Made by a program: the position numbers and the translations under genes. The notes under the pieces were generated by a model that did no database searches, was not told the DNA's origin, and saw nothing but the letters and a program-made list of their open reading frames with translations. This document shows positions 14,698 through 27,886 of a DNA stretch of 64,000 nt, piece after piece; position 1 is the stretch's first letter, and every line of letters begins with the position of its first letter. The DNA comes from Octopus sinensis. Taxonomy: Eukaryota. The stretch is taken from positions 70,556,001 to 70,620,000 of the forward strand of contig NC_043009.1 of assembly GCF_006345805.1 (NCBI RefSeq). Direction: 5' to 3'.

Positions 14698-17059
14698 ACG
14701 TTCTCTCTTTCTTTCTGTATATACTCGTGCGTGCTTGTGCATGTGTGTGCGTGTGTATCTGATCTCCACTGATATATGGTAATTACAACGCATCATTCAG
14801 AGACGGAGATAATATTAATAAATGAACATCTGTTGCATGGTTGTGGATGTCAGTTTCTTTACTTACGTTGTTCATAAACATGTAACTAACCACTCGAGGT
14901 TATTTCATCGAAGTTCATATTTGTTTAAGTATGCTAATTACCTAGGTCACATGTGGGTATGACCATATCTCTTGGCTTCTAGAGATAAAGCAGGACATTT
15001 ATCGAGCCAGTAACATGTAGACACGTATGTCTTATTATTTCCACGCAATAAACATGTCCTTTTACATAACGATTTCTCAGATTTGGAGAATCGTGGTTCA
15101 CGATGCTATTTCCCATCCTGTCATAGGACTGGTCACCTTTGTCATATTACAACTTTGACATTTGCTCCAGAGGTAGAAATAATTTTAATGAAGCAATTAT
15201 GTATACTGTATGATATTGCAGTTGTTTATGCTGTTCATAGACATGTATTTGTATCTCTGAATGGATGCGCGCACGTGTGTGTGTGTGTGGGGGGGAGATT
15301 TCTCTATCTTCACTGCCGTCTCCTTGTTCTTACTCGTATCAATGGCGTTTCTAACTTTCCACCGATGACCTCCTACACAACTATTCCCACTCGCTCAGAC
15401 AGTTATGGTTTAAAGCATCGGTGCTAGACGAAAGTTGTAACGTAATGTGCACATCGAACTGGTTAGTTATGCGCACGTCATCACTCTTTTATCGCCATAT
15501 TGTGAAATTTTGAAGTCATTTAATACGTACGTATCAGGCCTGCGTAATATACATAACGAGGAAATGCATCCATTACGTAAGATCTTCCTCAGTTAAAGCA
15601 TTTCAAAATATGAAACAGTTGATGAAAATATTTTAATATAAATGGTCAGAGCACTAAGTCTGTAACTAAGTTAGGAGCATGAATATGTATATATATAGGA
15701 GGAGAGAGAGCAAAGCGGAGAGCGAAGCAAACACAATAAAAAAAAGAGAAAAAAGAAAGAAGAAAAGAAGGGGCTTATTTGTTCTCTCTTTTTCTCGCTG
15801 ATTATCTCTCTCCCTCCTACCCCCCCCCATCTAATATATAGTCATCCTCCTAAATTAGTCGCCGAATCACTACTTTGACAATGATGCATTTCCTTATATA
15901 TATATCAGCTGCTTCATATTTTGAAATGTTTTAAATGAGGAAGTTCCTATGTAATGGATGATGCTACAGCGGTTTCACCTCGGAACTTCTGCCAACATCG
16001 TGACGCGCCATCTTCCCGTTCTTTTAACTAAAAGAATTCATTTACCCGGCAGAAAATACAAGCATTCTCACCATGAGATGTAGAAATCGTTTGTTTATCT
16101 TCCTATGTTTTTCTCACGTGCCTTGTAGAAAGCAACCATTAAAAATTGGTTTTGGTTATCGTCAGATTTTCATTTTAGTTTTTCAACAATAATGATTTGT
16201 TTATGCTGCAAGGTATATTCTGTAAGAGACGGTTTGCTGTAAGAATATGCTTTAAAATGCATAGGGAGAGCAATCAGCATTATTACATCATCCGGGCCTT
16301 CAAATATTGACCGCAGATTCAAGCGCACAAAGGAATTGCAAACTAGCGTGTACCACTATGTAAAAAGATGTTGTACAATGCTTTCTTCCGTTTCAGGATT
16401 CCCAGGCTGCATTGGTATGCATTGGATTCCCAGCCGTAGAGATTTAGCTGCACAGTTGACCAGCAGCCATTCGAATTCCATATGTGAATAAAGAAATCAG
16501 CAATAATCGCAGATTGGTTCTGAAAAAAACATTTTCTGACATTCCAATTTCATCTCGTCAATTCTATTAGAGTAGTCGTACGAGAAATGTGGCCAAGAGA
16601 ATCGCATACAATTATGTGACTTTATTATGTGACATACTATTATGTAGGTATAAAACACACATCTATCTATGTTGACTAGAGGCGCACGATGATGCGTTAT
16701 AAAAATATAGACTTGTGAAATCATAATTAACAAGGTTGTGTACACTCGAAGGAGGGAAGAACTTTCTATGAGGAAATAATCCCGAGAAAAATTATTCCCC
16801 AAAGAAAATTATGGAACACATGCGATGAATAACGTCATGGTGGACGTATGCTTTTCCGAGCGCACAGAAACGACATAAATATGACTTTTATCATATTTTT
16901 ATCTCTTCTTGCTATGTTAGAATCATGTGATTTGTGGAAACGCGCGTAGTGATGCATTAAATATTTATAAATTCAGTCCTAAAATTACTGTTATTAATAT
17001 ATTTATCCTACATTATATCAGTATAATCATGATGCAACCCCGAAAACTGACTCACTAGA

Positions 17060-17400
17060 GAGTTTTATTACACGGCAACAGCCCAAAGATGTGATAGTCG
17101 GAAGGGGTGATATCTGGGCTGTATGCAGGGTGTTCCAACATCTCAAACCCTAATCGGTTAATGGTTTCAACGGTCTGGACAGCCGTGTGTGGGCGTGCAT
17201 TGTCATGCAACAACAAAGCTTTCTTCGACAACAGGCTTCGGCGTTTGGTGCGAATTACTGGCATAAGTTCGTTGGTCAGCAAAGCACTGTATCTTGCACT
17301 GTTGGTCGTACACTCCTTTTCCAGAGAAATCGGATCACTGCTCTTTGATCTTCTTTGGTGCACATTGCTAGTGGAGCAGCCATGCTTTCACTTTAAAGCC
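17060..17400 (-). mobile_element. Mariner (DD34D) transposase catalytic-domain fragment
   Basis: ORF 17055-17363 contains LLLHDNARPHT and EHPAYSPDITPSDYHIF. Confidence 0.92.
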
Positions 17401-17689
17401 AGAAAGAAAAAGGCGTGATCAGGTTCAAAATTCGATCATGTGACTACCACAGTACCAATTATAAGCCCACGTGCACATAAGACAGTGTGACAATAATAAA
17501 GATATATTATGGCGAAAGAGTTTTGACTTCTCCGCGTACATATGTATATATACATACTTACATACACTTATATGTATGCAGGGTGATCGGGATAAATTTA
17601 ACAGTTCGCATGTAAGGAAAAGAAAACTATTCCCCATCCTACATATACGTATTTTTAAACAATTGAAGAATATCAACTAAATTATGGCT

Positions 17690-18230
17690 AGTAGATAACA
17701 GTTTACTTAAAAACAAAACGCCCACGGAATCCACAACGGCCGCAAGGCGGCTCCGAAACCTGGCACACGCTTTCTTCGATGTTGGTGTTTTTCTGAGCTG
17801 TGCGCCACTCTTAGTATTCCATGGAATTAGAATCGGGAAAAATGAGGAGGCCAGAAATTGTGGCTGCTGAAGTCGTAGAATTACTTCAATAACTACTTGC
17901 CACTCTTTCCGGAGGAATAACAAAAATTCGAATCTTGATACCATATGTATGGGCTTTCAGCAACAATCATCCCCAGCCAGAGATTGACCGCTGTCTACAG
18001 CAGATCTATACATAGGCATTTGAATCGAGCCTCCAATCATGTTCAAAGATGCAGTGATGAGCTCCGGCGTGTGGACGCTGGCAGAACGTCTTGTGTGTAC
18101 TTTCCTGCTGGGCACGGCCACGTAGTCTCTGTTGTAACTGGACATGTCACGTCTGACAGCATTTCACCGTTTACAGAGCATCGATGGCGGCACTTTGATA
18201 CGCGACGCGAATCATCATGATGCGAAAACA
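17690..18230 (-). mobile_element. Tc1/mariner-superfamily (maT-like) transposase C-terminal relic
   Basis: Minus strand gives WYQD, a frameshifted WPP-x-PDSNSMEY (WPPxSPDLNPMDY motif), and KACARFRSRLAAVVDSVG. Confidence 0.75.
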
Positions 18231-18466
18231 CTTTTACCAATATTGAGACGGCTCCCGGTCATCTATGTTACCTAAGTTTTTACCCAACTACAACTACAAC
18301 CTTTATGTTCACCGACGCCGTTGATTGGTTACCAATATATCAAGTTGTTCTTGAAAATTTAACCCGAACACTGTGTGCTGTGTGTGTGATTATTCATTCA
18401 TACGTACACACACTTACACGTGCGCGCGCACACACACACACACACACATACACACACACACACACA

Positions 18467-18513
<47 letters not shown>

Positions 18514-19194
18514 GAAGAGAGGGAGAAATGAATAGATTGATAGGTAGACAGTTAACTAAATGCATTTATAAACTATACATTCATATAAATCATATGGACA
18601 TACGTACGCCCGTATACGCAACCTCATGTGTAAAACATTGAAATCTATTAGAGATAATGAGGCCAACCAGAAGAGAACAAAATAAAAGAAAGAAACGTTT
18701 GAAAAACGACAGAGAACAGCATTCGTTCTCTTTCTGAAATTCGGTTGCTGGAAGAAAATATTTAGCTTAAAATCGTAGTTGTTAATAAACAGGCGATCTT
18801 TTATTTATTCGTCGTTTACAGACGAACGTTGATGATTTTGATAAATCTATTTTCACAGTTGAACTTCTAAAAAGGTTGAGATTGCTGTCGTGCCTTAGTA
18901 GAAGAAATGGAAGAAAAGCATCTTTTTGGGAAATATTCTGTACACTGAATCTATTCTGAGTCTGTGTGCCCTTTCACCGACTGGCGTTTTGCAAAAAGAG
19001 AAAAAGATGTAAAATAAATCGTTAGCTAACTTTTGTACACTGGACTATTTTCCTTATTTTCTCATACTGTCTCATACTACGGGAATCTTTGCGTGGACTA
19101 ATTCTTCCTATTTAGAAATTTTATGGAAATTACTAAAAAAAAGCTGCGCTTTTACGTAACGAAATTATATAAACACATAATATACACATTGGTA

Positions 19195-19930
19195 ATAGAT
19201 AGATAGATAGATACATACATACATACATACATACATACATACATACATACATACATACACACACACATACATACATACATACATACATACACACACACAT
19301 ACATACATACTTACATACATACATACATACACACATACATACATACACACATACATACATACATACATACATACATACTTACATACATACATACATACAC
19401 ACATACATACATATATACACGCATACATACATACATACATACATACGTACTTACATACATACATATATACACACATACATACATACATACATACACACAC
19501 ACATACATACATACTTACATACATACATACATACACACATACATACATACACACATACATACATACATACATACATACATACTTACATACATACATACAT
19601 ACACACATACATACATATATACACGCATACATACATACATACATACATACGTACTTACATACATACATATATACACACATACATACATACATACATACTT
19701 ACATACATATATACACACATACACACATACATACATACACACATACATACATACATACATACTTACATACATACATACATACATACATACACACATACAT
19801 ACATACATACTACATACATATATACACGCATACATACATACATACATACATACATACATACATACATACATACATACATACATACATACATACATACATA
19901 CATACATACATACATACATACATACATACA

Positions 19931-19960
<30 letters not shown>
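19195..19960. repeat. (TACA)n tetranucleotide array with higher-order period of about 204 bp
   Basis: The variant TATATACACGCATAC recurs with its G at 19421, 19625 and 19828. Confidence 0.9.
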
Positions 19961-19961
<1 letters not shown>

Positions 19962-21499
19962 GTTATTCATTATCTCGAAATAAAAAATTGCAAAAAATTG
20001 CGTTATAGATCGTAAATAAAATGTTAACTTTAATACAGGTAGACACAAAAGAAGCATAAAACAGTATTTGGGTACCTTTAAGATGTAAAAGAAAACATTG
20101 AAAATAATATATTGAAGAAATTCTTATATTTCAAATGTTATATTAACTAAATCATAAATTATATCTTCTTTGCACTGAACGTGGTTTCTAAAACATAAAA
20201 AACACCATTCTTGGTATTTAACAAAGTCTCTTCTCTTGTGTATATTTATAACTTACTTTGCTATTTAGGCGACTGGTTTAATTTGAAGAAGCAGTTATGA
20301 GAAAGAAAGTGCCACCAGCAAATAACTTCTTCCTCAACACAGAAAACTGATTTTGTTGATAGAATCCTAATTATTATTTTAGGTCAAAAATAGCAACTGG
20401 GCTCCTAAGTTATTTTGCAAGTCTATTAGTTGCTCATAATAAGCTGAATACTTTCCCCGTATATCATATTGAATGGAAGTTAGAGCTCGCTTTTGCATAG
20501 TCAGATCTTTAAGATTTTAAATCTAGTTTTCGTGTTTTTCGATGTCAGGAAATGAAAGATAATAACATTGTAAATCAAAATCTGTGCAACATACGGTATT
20601 ACTGTTGTTTCCTCAACTGCTTTTAGACTAGGAAACTTATGAAGGTTCAGACTCGCTTTGCATGCTTTCATTTTCTCTTTTTCTTTTTTCTTTTTTTTTC
20701 ATAAATGAATAGTTTGTTAATAAATGCCATTAGTCTCCTTGTAAGTCGAAGCTGATTCCATTTCGTTTCTTTAAAATATAATAAGCTCAATCAAAATTTG
20801 CCTTCCTACTTTCAAGATCTTAACCATAATTAAACAAAAATTATCACAAGCAGTTTCATTTGAAGGTCAACTAATTTTAATATGCATAAGACGCTATAAA
20901 AAATCTTCATTTTTTTTATGGAAAGGTTTACGGAATAGTTGTGTATTCAGGTGGTGAGCTTGAATCTTACAGATTTTATAATATATAAGTAACAAAATGC
21001 CTCGCTAAAAATGCTTTGCAATTACATGTTACATATAAATAACGCAAAAGATAGTAAAAATATTATATTTAAAATAATTGTTTTTTAAAGGCATTATAAA
21101 TCCAAGGTAGTGACCAACCAGCAAAGGTTTTCACTGAATAATTTCTACTTGGTATTTGTAAATCGTTGAAAGCATTGTATTATTTTCGAATAGCTCACAG
21201 TCCACTAATAACGGCGCGTATCACGCAAAGTTATTCCATTCAGTTGTAAAACGCAGATGTTTATAACGTGAGCAGGATTTGTTTCCAATGCTGTCATCGC
21301 TTCCGTTGGATACTCACTACGAATGAGCAGAATTGAAAATGTTGCTTCAGTTTCTAAAGGGAAATTGTTAAAAATATATATTTCACACAATGTTAAAATA
21401 AGTGTCTCTCCAATACTATCGAGTTTCCTAGATTTAACCTTGAGCTTTCGAATTATATAAGATTCACTAAGCTCTTTGTGTAGAGCTTATTTCTATTCT

Positions 21500-22322
21500 C
21501 TAAAGTGGATCTTTTTTCTTCAAAGCTTGGTTTTGAACATTGATTGTTGCATTAGGTGGTAACAATTCAAAGTAAATTACTCCTTTGCAATTCCACCAGA
21601 TAGAGAGAAGAACCTTTTTCCCATGAAGTTCTCTTCTCGGTTGTGGTTGAACTTTTTCCTTTAACCAATCCACTATTTACGACGTTTAACATTTCGATAG
21701 AAGATCCATTTTTCATCCCAAGTCACAAATCTATCCAAAAAGGGTGAAATGAGTTCGCGAGAATGGGGAGAAGAGCAGATGTCAACTTGGGATTTGCAGT
21801 TGCTTTCGAGCAATTCATGAGGCACCCATTTTCCAAGTTTAAGAACCTTTCCAAGTTGTTGAAGATGACGCTAAACAGTTGTATGCTTTGAACTAAGCTT
21901 TATTGCCAATTCTTCAACTGATAATGCAGGATTTTTTTCAAGTGATGCCTCAAGGAGCTTATCATCAAACTCAACTGAACGTCTTGTTCGATCTTCATCT
22001 TCAAGGCTGAAATCTCCAATTCTGAATTTTGCAAACCATCTTCTGCAAGTTCTTTCCCATAACCTGAGTGTATGTTTCGAGTCGCTTCGGCTGCAGGGTT
22101 TCCTTTTTTTTACTCATAAATCATTATGTGCCTCAAATGCTCTTTGGTTATTTCCATGTTAGAAATGGTTTTAATCAAAGAAATTTTAATTGTATTATTA
22201 ATTAGTTTAAATGTACACAAATACATAAAAATAATTTTTACATCCATTAGACATTCTAAGATACTATGAAATTTCATTCAATTTTGAAAAAAGAAAAAAT
22301 CGAACAGAACTTATGGGATGAC

Positions 22323-22326
<4 letters not shown>
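21500..22326 (-). mobile_element. Mariner element 5' part: one terminal end plus a disrupted transposase
   Basis: ATG at 22157 reads MEITKEHLRHIMIYE, then WFAKFRIGDFSLEDEDR, LGKWVPHEL, RFVTWDEKWIFY and IWWNCKGVIYFELL. Terminus GGGATGACCGGA abuts TA at 22327. Stops and frameshifts are present. Confidence 0.92.
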
Positions 22327-22360
<34 letters not shown>

Positions 22361-22443
22361 ATTAGGGAGTATAACTCCAAACTTACAGGGAAAAATTCAA
22401 TTTGGTATTAAATCAAATTTCACAATATAGATATATAATATAT

Positions 22444-22630
22444 AAATTAGAGAAAACCCACTAGTATGCAATTCAAACAATGATATACAGAAACCAAACC
22501 ATAAATGAAAATAAAATATATTTTAAAAATATATAACTAGATCACAAAAAGTATAAAAATGAATAATCAATATATAAGTCTATATATGTCTATCATTGTT
22601 TGAATTGCATAATAGTGGTTTTTCTCTAAT
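22444..22630. repeat. Small fold-back element with about 38-bp inverted ends between (TA)n tracts
   Basis: AAATTAGAGAAAACCCACTAGTATGCAATTCAAACAATG pairs with CATTGTTTGAATTGCATAATAGTGGTTTTTCTCTAATTT. Confidence 0.8.
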
Positions 22631-22631
22631 T

Positions 22632-22687
<56 letters not shown>

Positions 22688-22759
22688 CATACAAACATAT
22701 ATAGAAGTGTGTTGTAGTTCGCTTGAAGCATTGTGTATTGTTTTATTGTTTGTAAAATA

Positions 22760-24282
22760 TAATGTCTGGAATGGCACAACAATGACCTATAATAACTGTT
22801 ATAATTTAATCATCCATAGTCTCATATGATATTTCGGAATATAAAAGTTTCTTCTTCAGATATCCATAGGAATTCATCGAGTCACTGCTATATTCGGTTT
22901 TCCAACAGTTTTTGTTTTCTGGAAGCATCTCTGCAGTGGCTTCACGAGGCTTTTTCCGGAATTCCTCATGAGATGTACGTGAGGGCGGCCATGTCTGAAG
23001 CTCGTGTGTCCAGGCACACCCGTGCGCTGCTTCTAAGTTATGCATTATATGTGCAGTTTCCTTTTTAAAAACATAATTCATGAGCATGTTATCAATAATG
23101 AACCTACACGCAGCCAGATGTAGCTAAATAATATATTGACTGCCAACCTTCAGCCTGTTGTTAATTTGGAGCCCTAGACTGTCTATGAGGATAGCTTCCT
23201 TAATTTGTAGATTACCCAAATTTCTTTCATTGGCCTCAATTGTGACTATTATGCTTTTGTCGGTGTTCCGGCATCTGTCAAGATGTTTTCTGAAGGAGGA
23301 GGCTCTCTCGTGTTCAGATGTTCTTTGATTCGAATGTGTAATGGTCATGTTGTGCTATCCACATAGAACTTGTTGCATTTGTTACATTGTATTCTATACA
23401 CAACATTTTTCCGTTGACATAAATCTGTGTCACGGGTGGGGCAGTTTGCTAGTGTGCCTTGATGGCTGTCCTTGCTCGCTTCTTTGCGAGGTGTCTTCGC
23501 AGAGAGGGGCCGGAGTGGGCGAGTTGTATGTCTAGTCCTTCTCTTCTTATGGCTCTTCAGGTGGCTGTAGTTACCCTCTCGCGAAAATGGGCTATTTTAA
23601 GGAAGCATGTGTTGCTGGGTTTTCTGTGTGTTCGGTGTGTTGGTCGTGTTGGGTACGTAAACCGATTTATATTGGATATAGGCTACCCATTGGTTTCAAT
23701 ATCTCTAGGAAGCGTGTAGTGTGGGTCAGTTTGTCCTCTGTCCTGCTGCACTTACCCTGGATGCGTGCAAATTCATTACTGGCGTATCCTATTTTGGCAC
23801 CGATTGGAAGTGTTGAACTCTATTGGACAAGCATATCTCTACTGGCTGCTTTCCTGTAGAACTCGGTGTGGATCTCTCATTCTTCCGTTATTTTCAGTTG
23901 GAAGTCAAGTAGCAATAGTGATCCAGTGTTGTCGGGATGTTCTATAGCGAAGAAGTAAAAAAAAGGAAACTGCACGTATAATACATAACTTAGAAGCAGC
24001 GCAACGGGTGTGCCTGGACATACGAGCTTCAGACATGGCCGTCCTCACGCACTTTTCATGAGGAATTCCGGAAGGAGCTTTGTGAGACCACTGCACAGAC
24101 GCTTCCAGAAAATAAAACGGTTGGAAAACCGATTATAGCAGTGACTCAATGAATTCCTATGGATATCTGAAGAAGAAACTTTTATATGCCGAAATATCAT
24201 ATGAGACTATGGATGATTAAATTATAACAGTTAATATAGTCCATAGTTTTTATCATAGTGCATTGTTGTGCCATTTAAGACA

Positions 24283-24287
<5 letters not shown>
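22760..24287 (-). mobile_element. Penelope-like element, 5'-truncated (RT thumb plus GIY-YIG), flanked by about 310-bp inverted pseudo-LTR arms
   Basis: Minus strand gives TEFYRKAASRDML...LPIGAKIGYASNEFARIQGKCS (RT thumb), CQRKNVVYRIQCNKCNKFYVDSTT*PLHIRIKEH (GIY-YIG) and LQIKEAILIDSL. Arms are 22760-23066 and 23961-24287, with (TA)n on both sides. Confidence 0.92.
22824..22863 (-). ncRNA. Hammerhead-like motif in the left PLE arm (mirror copy 24163-24202 on +)
   Basis: ATAT-CTGAAGA-A-GAA...TTCC-GAA-ATAT-C-ATAT: canonical core, but only a 3-bp stem II and a 4-bp stem I. Confidence 0.45.
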
Positions 24288-24322
<35 letters not shown>

Positions 24323-24327
<5 letters not shown>

Positions 24328-24532
24328 TAATCCAAACAAGAAAACACAAAAAAAAACACAACAACGTGAGGATGTGGAACAAATATAGTATTAATGGACG
24401 CTCAGGAAAGAAGAGAAGAAGGAGGGTTTAACGTTTCGAGCGGGGCTCTTCGTCGGAAACATAGGAGAAGGAAAGATCCAGAGAAGGGAAGACAGAGGAA
24501 AAAAATCGCCAACGGTACACACGAGGTCACAT
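24323..24532 (-). mobile_element. About 210-bp non-coding hammerhead-bearing short element between (TA)n tracts
   Basis: Bounded by TA arrays on both sides and contains the HHR at 24426-24460. 43111-43300 has a similar layout. Confidence 0.7.
24426..24460 (-). ncRNA. Minimal (35-nt) type I hammerhead, variant core CCGACGA
   Basis: GTTT-CCGACGA-A-GAGC ccc GCTC-GAA-ACGT-T-AAAC: all stems Watson-Crick, palindromic ACGT stem III. Confidence 0.75.
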
Positions 24533-24557
<25 letters not shown>

Positions 24558-24564
<7 letters not shown>

Positions 24565-24853
24565 GAAGAAAACCCACCTTTTATCAATTCAAAATGAACA
24601 ATTAAATTACACCATCTAGAAAATTACATATAATAGAAATATTAAAATTAAAATAACAATAAAATGTCAATGATTAAGTAAATTGCAAAAAATAATAACT
24701 ACCAATTATATACGTTTTATTATTTTTTCGCAATTTACTTAATCATTGACATTTTATTGTTATTTAATTTTAATATTTCTATTATATGTAATTTTCTAGA
24801 TGGTGTAATTTAATTGTTCATTTCGAATTGATAAAAGGTGTTTTTTTTTTCTA

Positions 24854-24857
<4 letters not shown>
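24558..24857. repeat. Near-perfect palindrome with about 140-bp arms and about 18-nt loop, between (TA)n tracts
   Basis: Arms about 24558-24698 and 24717-24857 are reverse complements with a few mismatches and indels. Confidence 0.95.
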
Positions 24858-24901
<44 letters not shown>

Positions 24902-26112
24902 TCATATTGTGTGAAATTTGATTTAGCATTTCTGAATTGATTTTTTTTCCTTGTAAATTTGGATTTTATTCCCTCAAATAATAATTATTATATATATATA
25001 AGGTGTTCTCCTGGTTTAGTGTTGGCAACTTTCAGCACCTCTTTACAGAGGCATGAGCAAGGGATGTTTTGTGGAAGACTGGCTTATATCCGAGCCACCG
25101 ATGTTCTGTACCGTTCTGGGATCAACATAGCTTGGTACATATGTTGCCATTGGCGTTGTAAGTACATAAGAAAAGCTGCAACAGAAACTGCAAAACCTCT
25201 AATAGTTCGATTACAGTTTATCGAACCCGCATGGATAGAGAGCAAAGCAAACCACAAAAGTATTTGAGCTCATTACCGAGACATTTGATAGAAAGGCTCT
25301 AGGGCATTCTAGGTCACGCTTTATCCCGTAAATATTTTACTTCTCATCTACTTTCTGTACTTCTTTATTTCGTCCTATATAACGTATTCTGTTTAAAGCG
25401 TACCTGTTATACGACTGTAATATCTCTATATATAATTTTTTAATTGTAGATTTTAAATTCCAGTCAGCAAAATAAATATATTGTATCTTTATCCCACGAA
25501 CGAGTAGAGAATATTTTAAATCCACTCACAAATGCAAACCCTCTAACTTGCTAGATACTTTTTGAGTTACATTCGAATTATTTTGAATTACACAAAATGA
25601 TTCATGTGTTCTAACACTTATAAACACCATAAAAGCTTTCACGTTCTGCAACTATTGTAATTATTCTATATTGCGTCCCATATACTTCATGTCCATATTT
25701 TTATTACTTAATAGGTTATTGTTGTGTATTGCCTGTCAATATTCTACTGGTGTAAGAGACGTACATTTTCTTCCATCAGATTCCAAAACTCCGCTGTCAA
25801 ATTTTATTCGAGGCACTACCAACTTTACCAAGAATCGTTATTCTATTCCTGATACCTTGTTACTAGAGTGGAATATAGTTAATCTATAATATTCTGCCAC
25901 AGTCTACCTATATAACACATTACGTGCCGAACGAAATCGATAACATAATATGTTATATTGACAGCGTTTATGTTATAAAACAATTTACTGGTAAACTAAG
26001 GAATGTAATCGAAAACACAATCCACTACAACAATATAAAGTATTCCTAACCCAATTGAGCACTAAATATTCTCTTTCGCTCCTTTCTCTCTCTCTCTCTC
26101 TCTCTCTGTCTT

Positions 26113-26166
<54 letters not shown>

Positions 26167-26323
26167 CAGGCTTCTTTCAGTTTTTTTTTCAACAAAATCA
26201 ACTCACGTGGGGTTGGTCAGCCATAGGCTATAGTAGCAGACACCAGCCAGTAGGACTGGACCTATAATCATGTTGTTCGGAAGCAAACTATTTAACGTAC
26301 AACCACGACTACTTTTATATATA

Positions 26324-26366
<43 letters not shown>

Positions 26367-26491
26367 ATATATATATAAAGTATTCCTAACACAATTGAGC
26401 ACTAAATATTCTCTGTCGCTCCTCTCTCTCTCTCTCTTTATTTTCTTTTCTGTTATATATATATATATATATCATTTGCATCATGTAGAAC

Positions 26492-26536
<45 letters not shown>

Positions 26537-27192
26537 GTGTGAAAGCGATGCGTGAAATACACAAGTAGAGGATTAGTGCCAGAGCCGGGTCTCGTTCAGA
26601 AAATCTAACGTCATGAACTTAGGAAAGTTCCTGACATCGGGTCAGCAGAAGAAGGGTCGGCTACAAAATGACAAAGGATCAGTGAATAATAGTAAACCAA
26701 TAACAGACGAACAATCAGTGACATAAATATGTTTATATGGATGTATACGGAAGATAAATATAAACTTAAATATAATTATCAAGAAAAATGCTGCCATTAG
26801 AGTGGAGGATATACGTATACAGATGTCTTTCATGCCAATCCTTGCTTTTCCCCATCACTTTCTCGACCTCATGCTTCCCTACATTCCTCTCTTTCCATTT
26901 ATTTTTCTATCTCTTTATCCCTTAATAACCACCTCCGCTATCATTCCCTTACGAACCTTCGATACGTTCACGTTTATCTCTGGGTATTTACACTATTAAG
27001 GCTTTAACCATAAATGGATTTACACAGGACTCTACCTAAGGACTTATGGACTAACATCTACACTATTGGAAAGTGGAACCGTGAACTTTTATGCCTCTTT
27101 TTTCTTCTTTTTCTTCATTTTATTTTATTCCTTTTCTCCTTTCCTCTATGCCATCGTTTCATTAACCTACACCCTTCACATTTTCCATCTTT

Positions 27193-27247
27193 GTCTCCGA
27201 TGACGTAATATCCCATACTTTGGGATATCCCAGCAACGGCTGTGACA
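27193..27247 (+). ncRNA. Decayed hammerhead of the CCGATGA family
   Basis: GTCT-CCGATGA...GGGATATCCC-A-GCAA-CGGCTGT-GACA, versus GAAACAGCTGTAAGAC at 546-561. Confidence 0.45.
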
Positions 27248-27432
27248 CTTTACATTTTTCCTACAATGACGTATATGACTCGAGATGCTTGTTTTGCCTC
27301 AGCGTTTGTTGTCTCTTTAACAATTATATATATTATGTATGTATATATACATATATGCATGGATATCTATCAATCTATCTGTCTATCTATCCATCCTCTA
27401 TCTATCTGTCTCTTGCTCTCTCTCTCTCTCTC

Positions 27433-27500
<68 letters not shown>

Positions 27501-27511
27501 ATATATACGTG

Positions 27512-27542
<31 letters not shown>

Positions 27543-27702
27543 TATAAAATAAATATAAGAGAGTGGTCAATATATTGCTCACTCTAGCACCAGTTAATCC
27601 AAAAGGTTTCAACCACGAAGATACATGTTTCCCATGAAAGCCAGTACGACTGTTAGCTCACACGGACAGGGCAAGTAAAAAATAACAAAAATACAGATTA
27701 TT

Positions 27703-27780
27703 TTGGGACAATTGTTTCGCTATTAATGAATTAAATGTAATATTACTTACAAAAAAATCCATTTGTAGCTCGTCAGCCAA
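27703..27780 (-). ncRNA. Canonical type I hammerhead (mirror copy in the left arm)
   Basis: Reverse complement of 27809-27886. Confidence 0.85.
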
Positions 27781-27808
27781 GACTATCTGGATGAACATCC
27801 AGATAGTC

Positions 27809-27886
27809 TTGGCTGACGAGCTACAAATGGATTTTTTTGTAAGTAATATTACATTTAATTCATTAATAGCGAAACAATTGTCCCAA
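27809..27886 (+). ncRNA. Canonical type I hammerhead, predicted cleavage after GUC (C27882)
   Basis: TTGG-CTGACGA-GCTA...TAGC-GAA-ACAATTGT-C-CCAA: fully canonical core, stem I TTGG/CCAA, extended stem II, palindromic stem III. Confidence 0.85.

Noticed and set aside
16380-16420. 18-nt micro-exon (pyrimidine tract CAG...G/GTATGC)
   Set aside because: Splice-like motifs alone are common, and there is no neighbouring exon or homology support. The same applies to candidates near 18820, 32086 and 40256.
21205-21390. hAT transposase C-terminal relic (SEYP...AL)
   Set aside because: Similarity is limited to a few residues, and the diagnostic TTYLCExxFS motif is absent.
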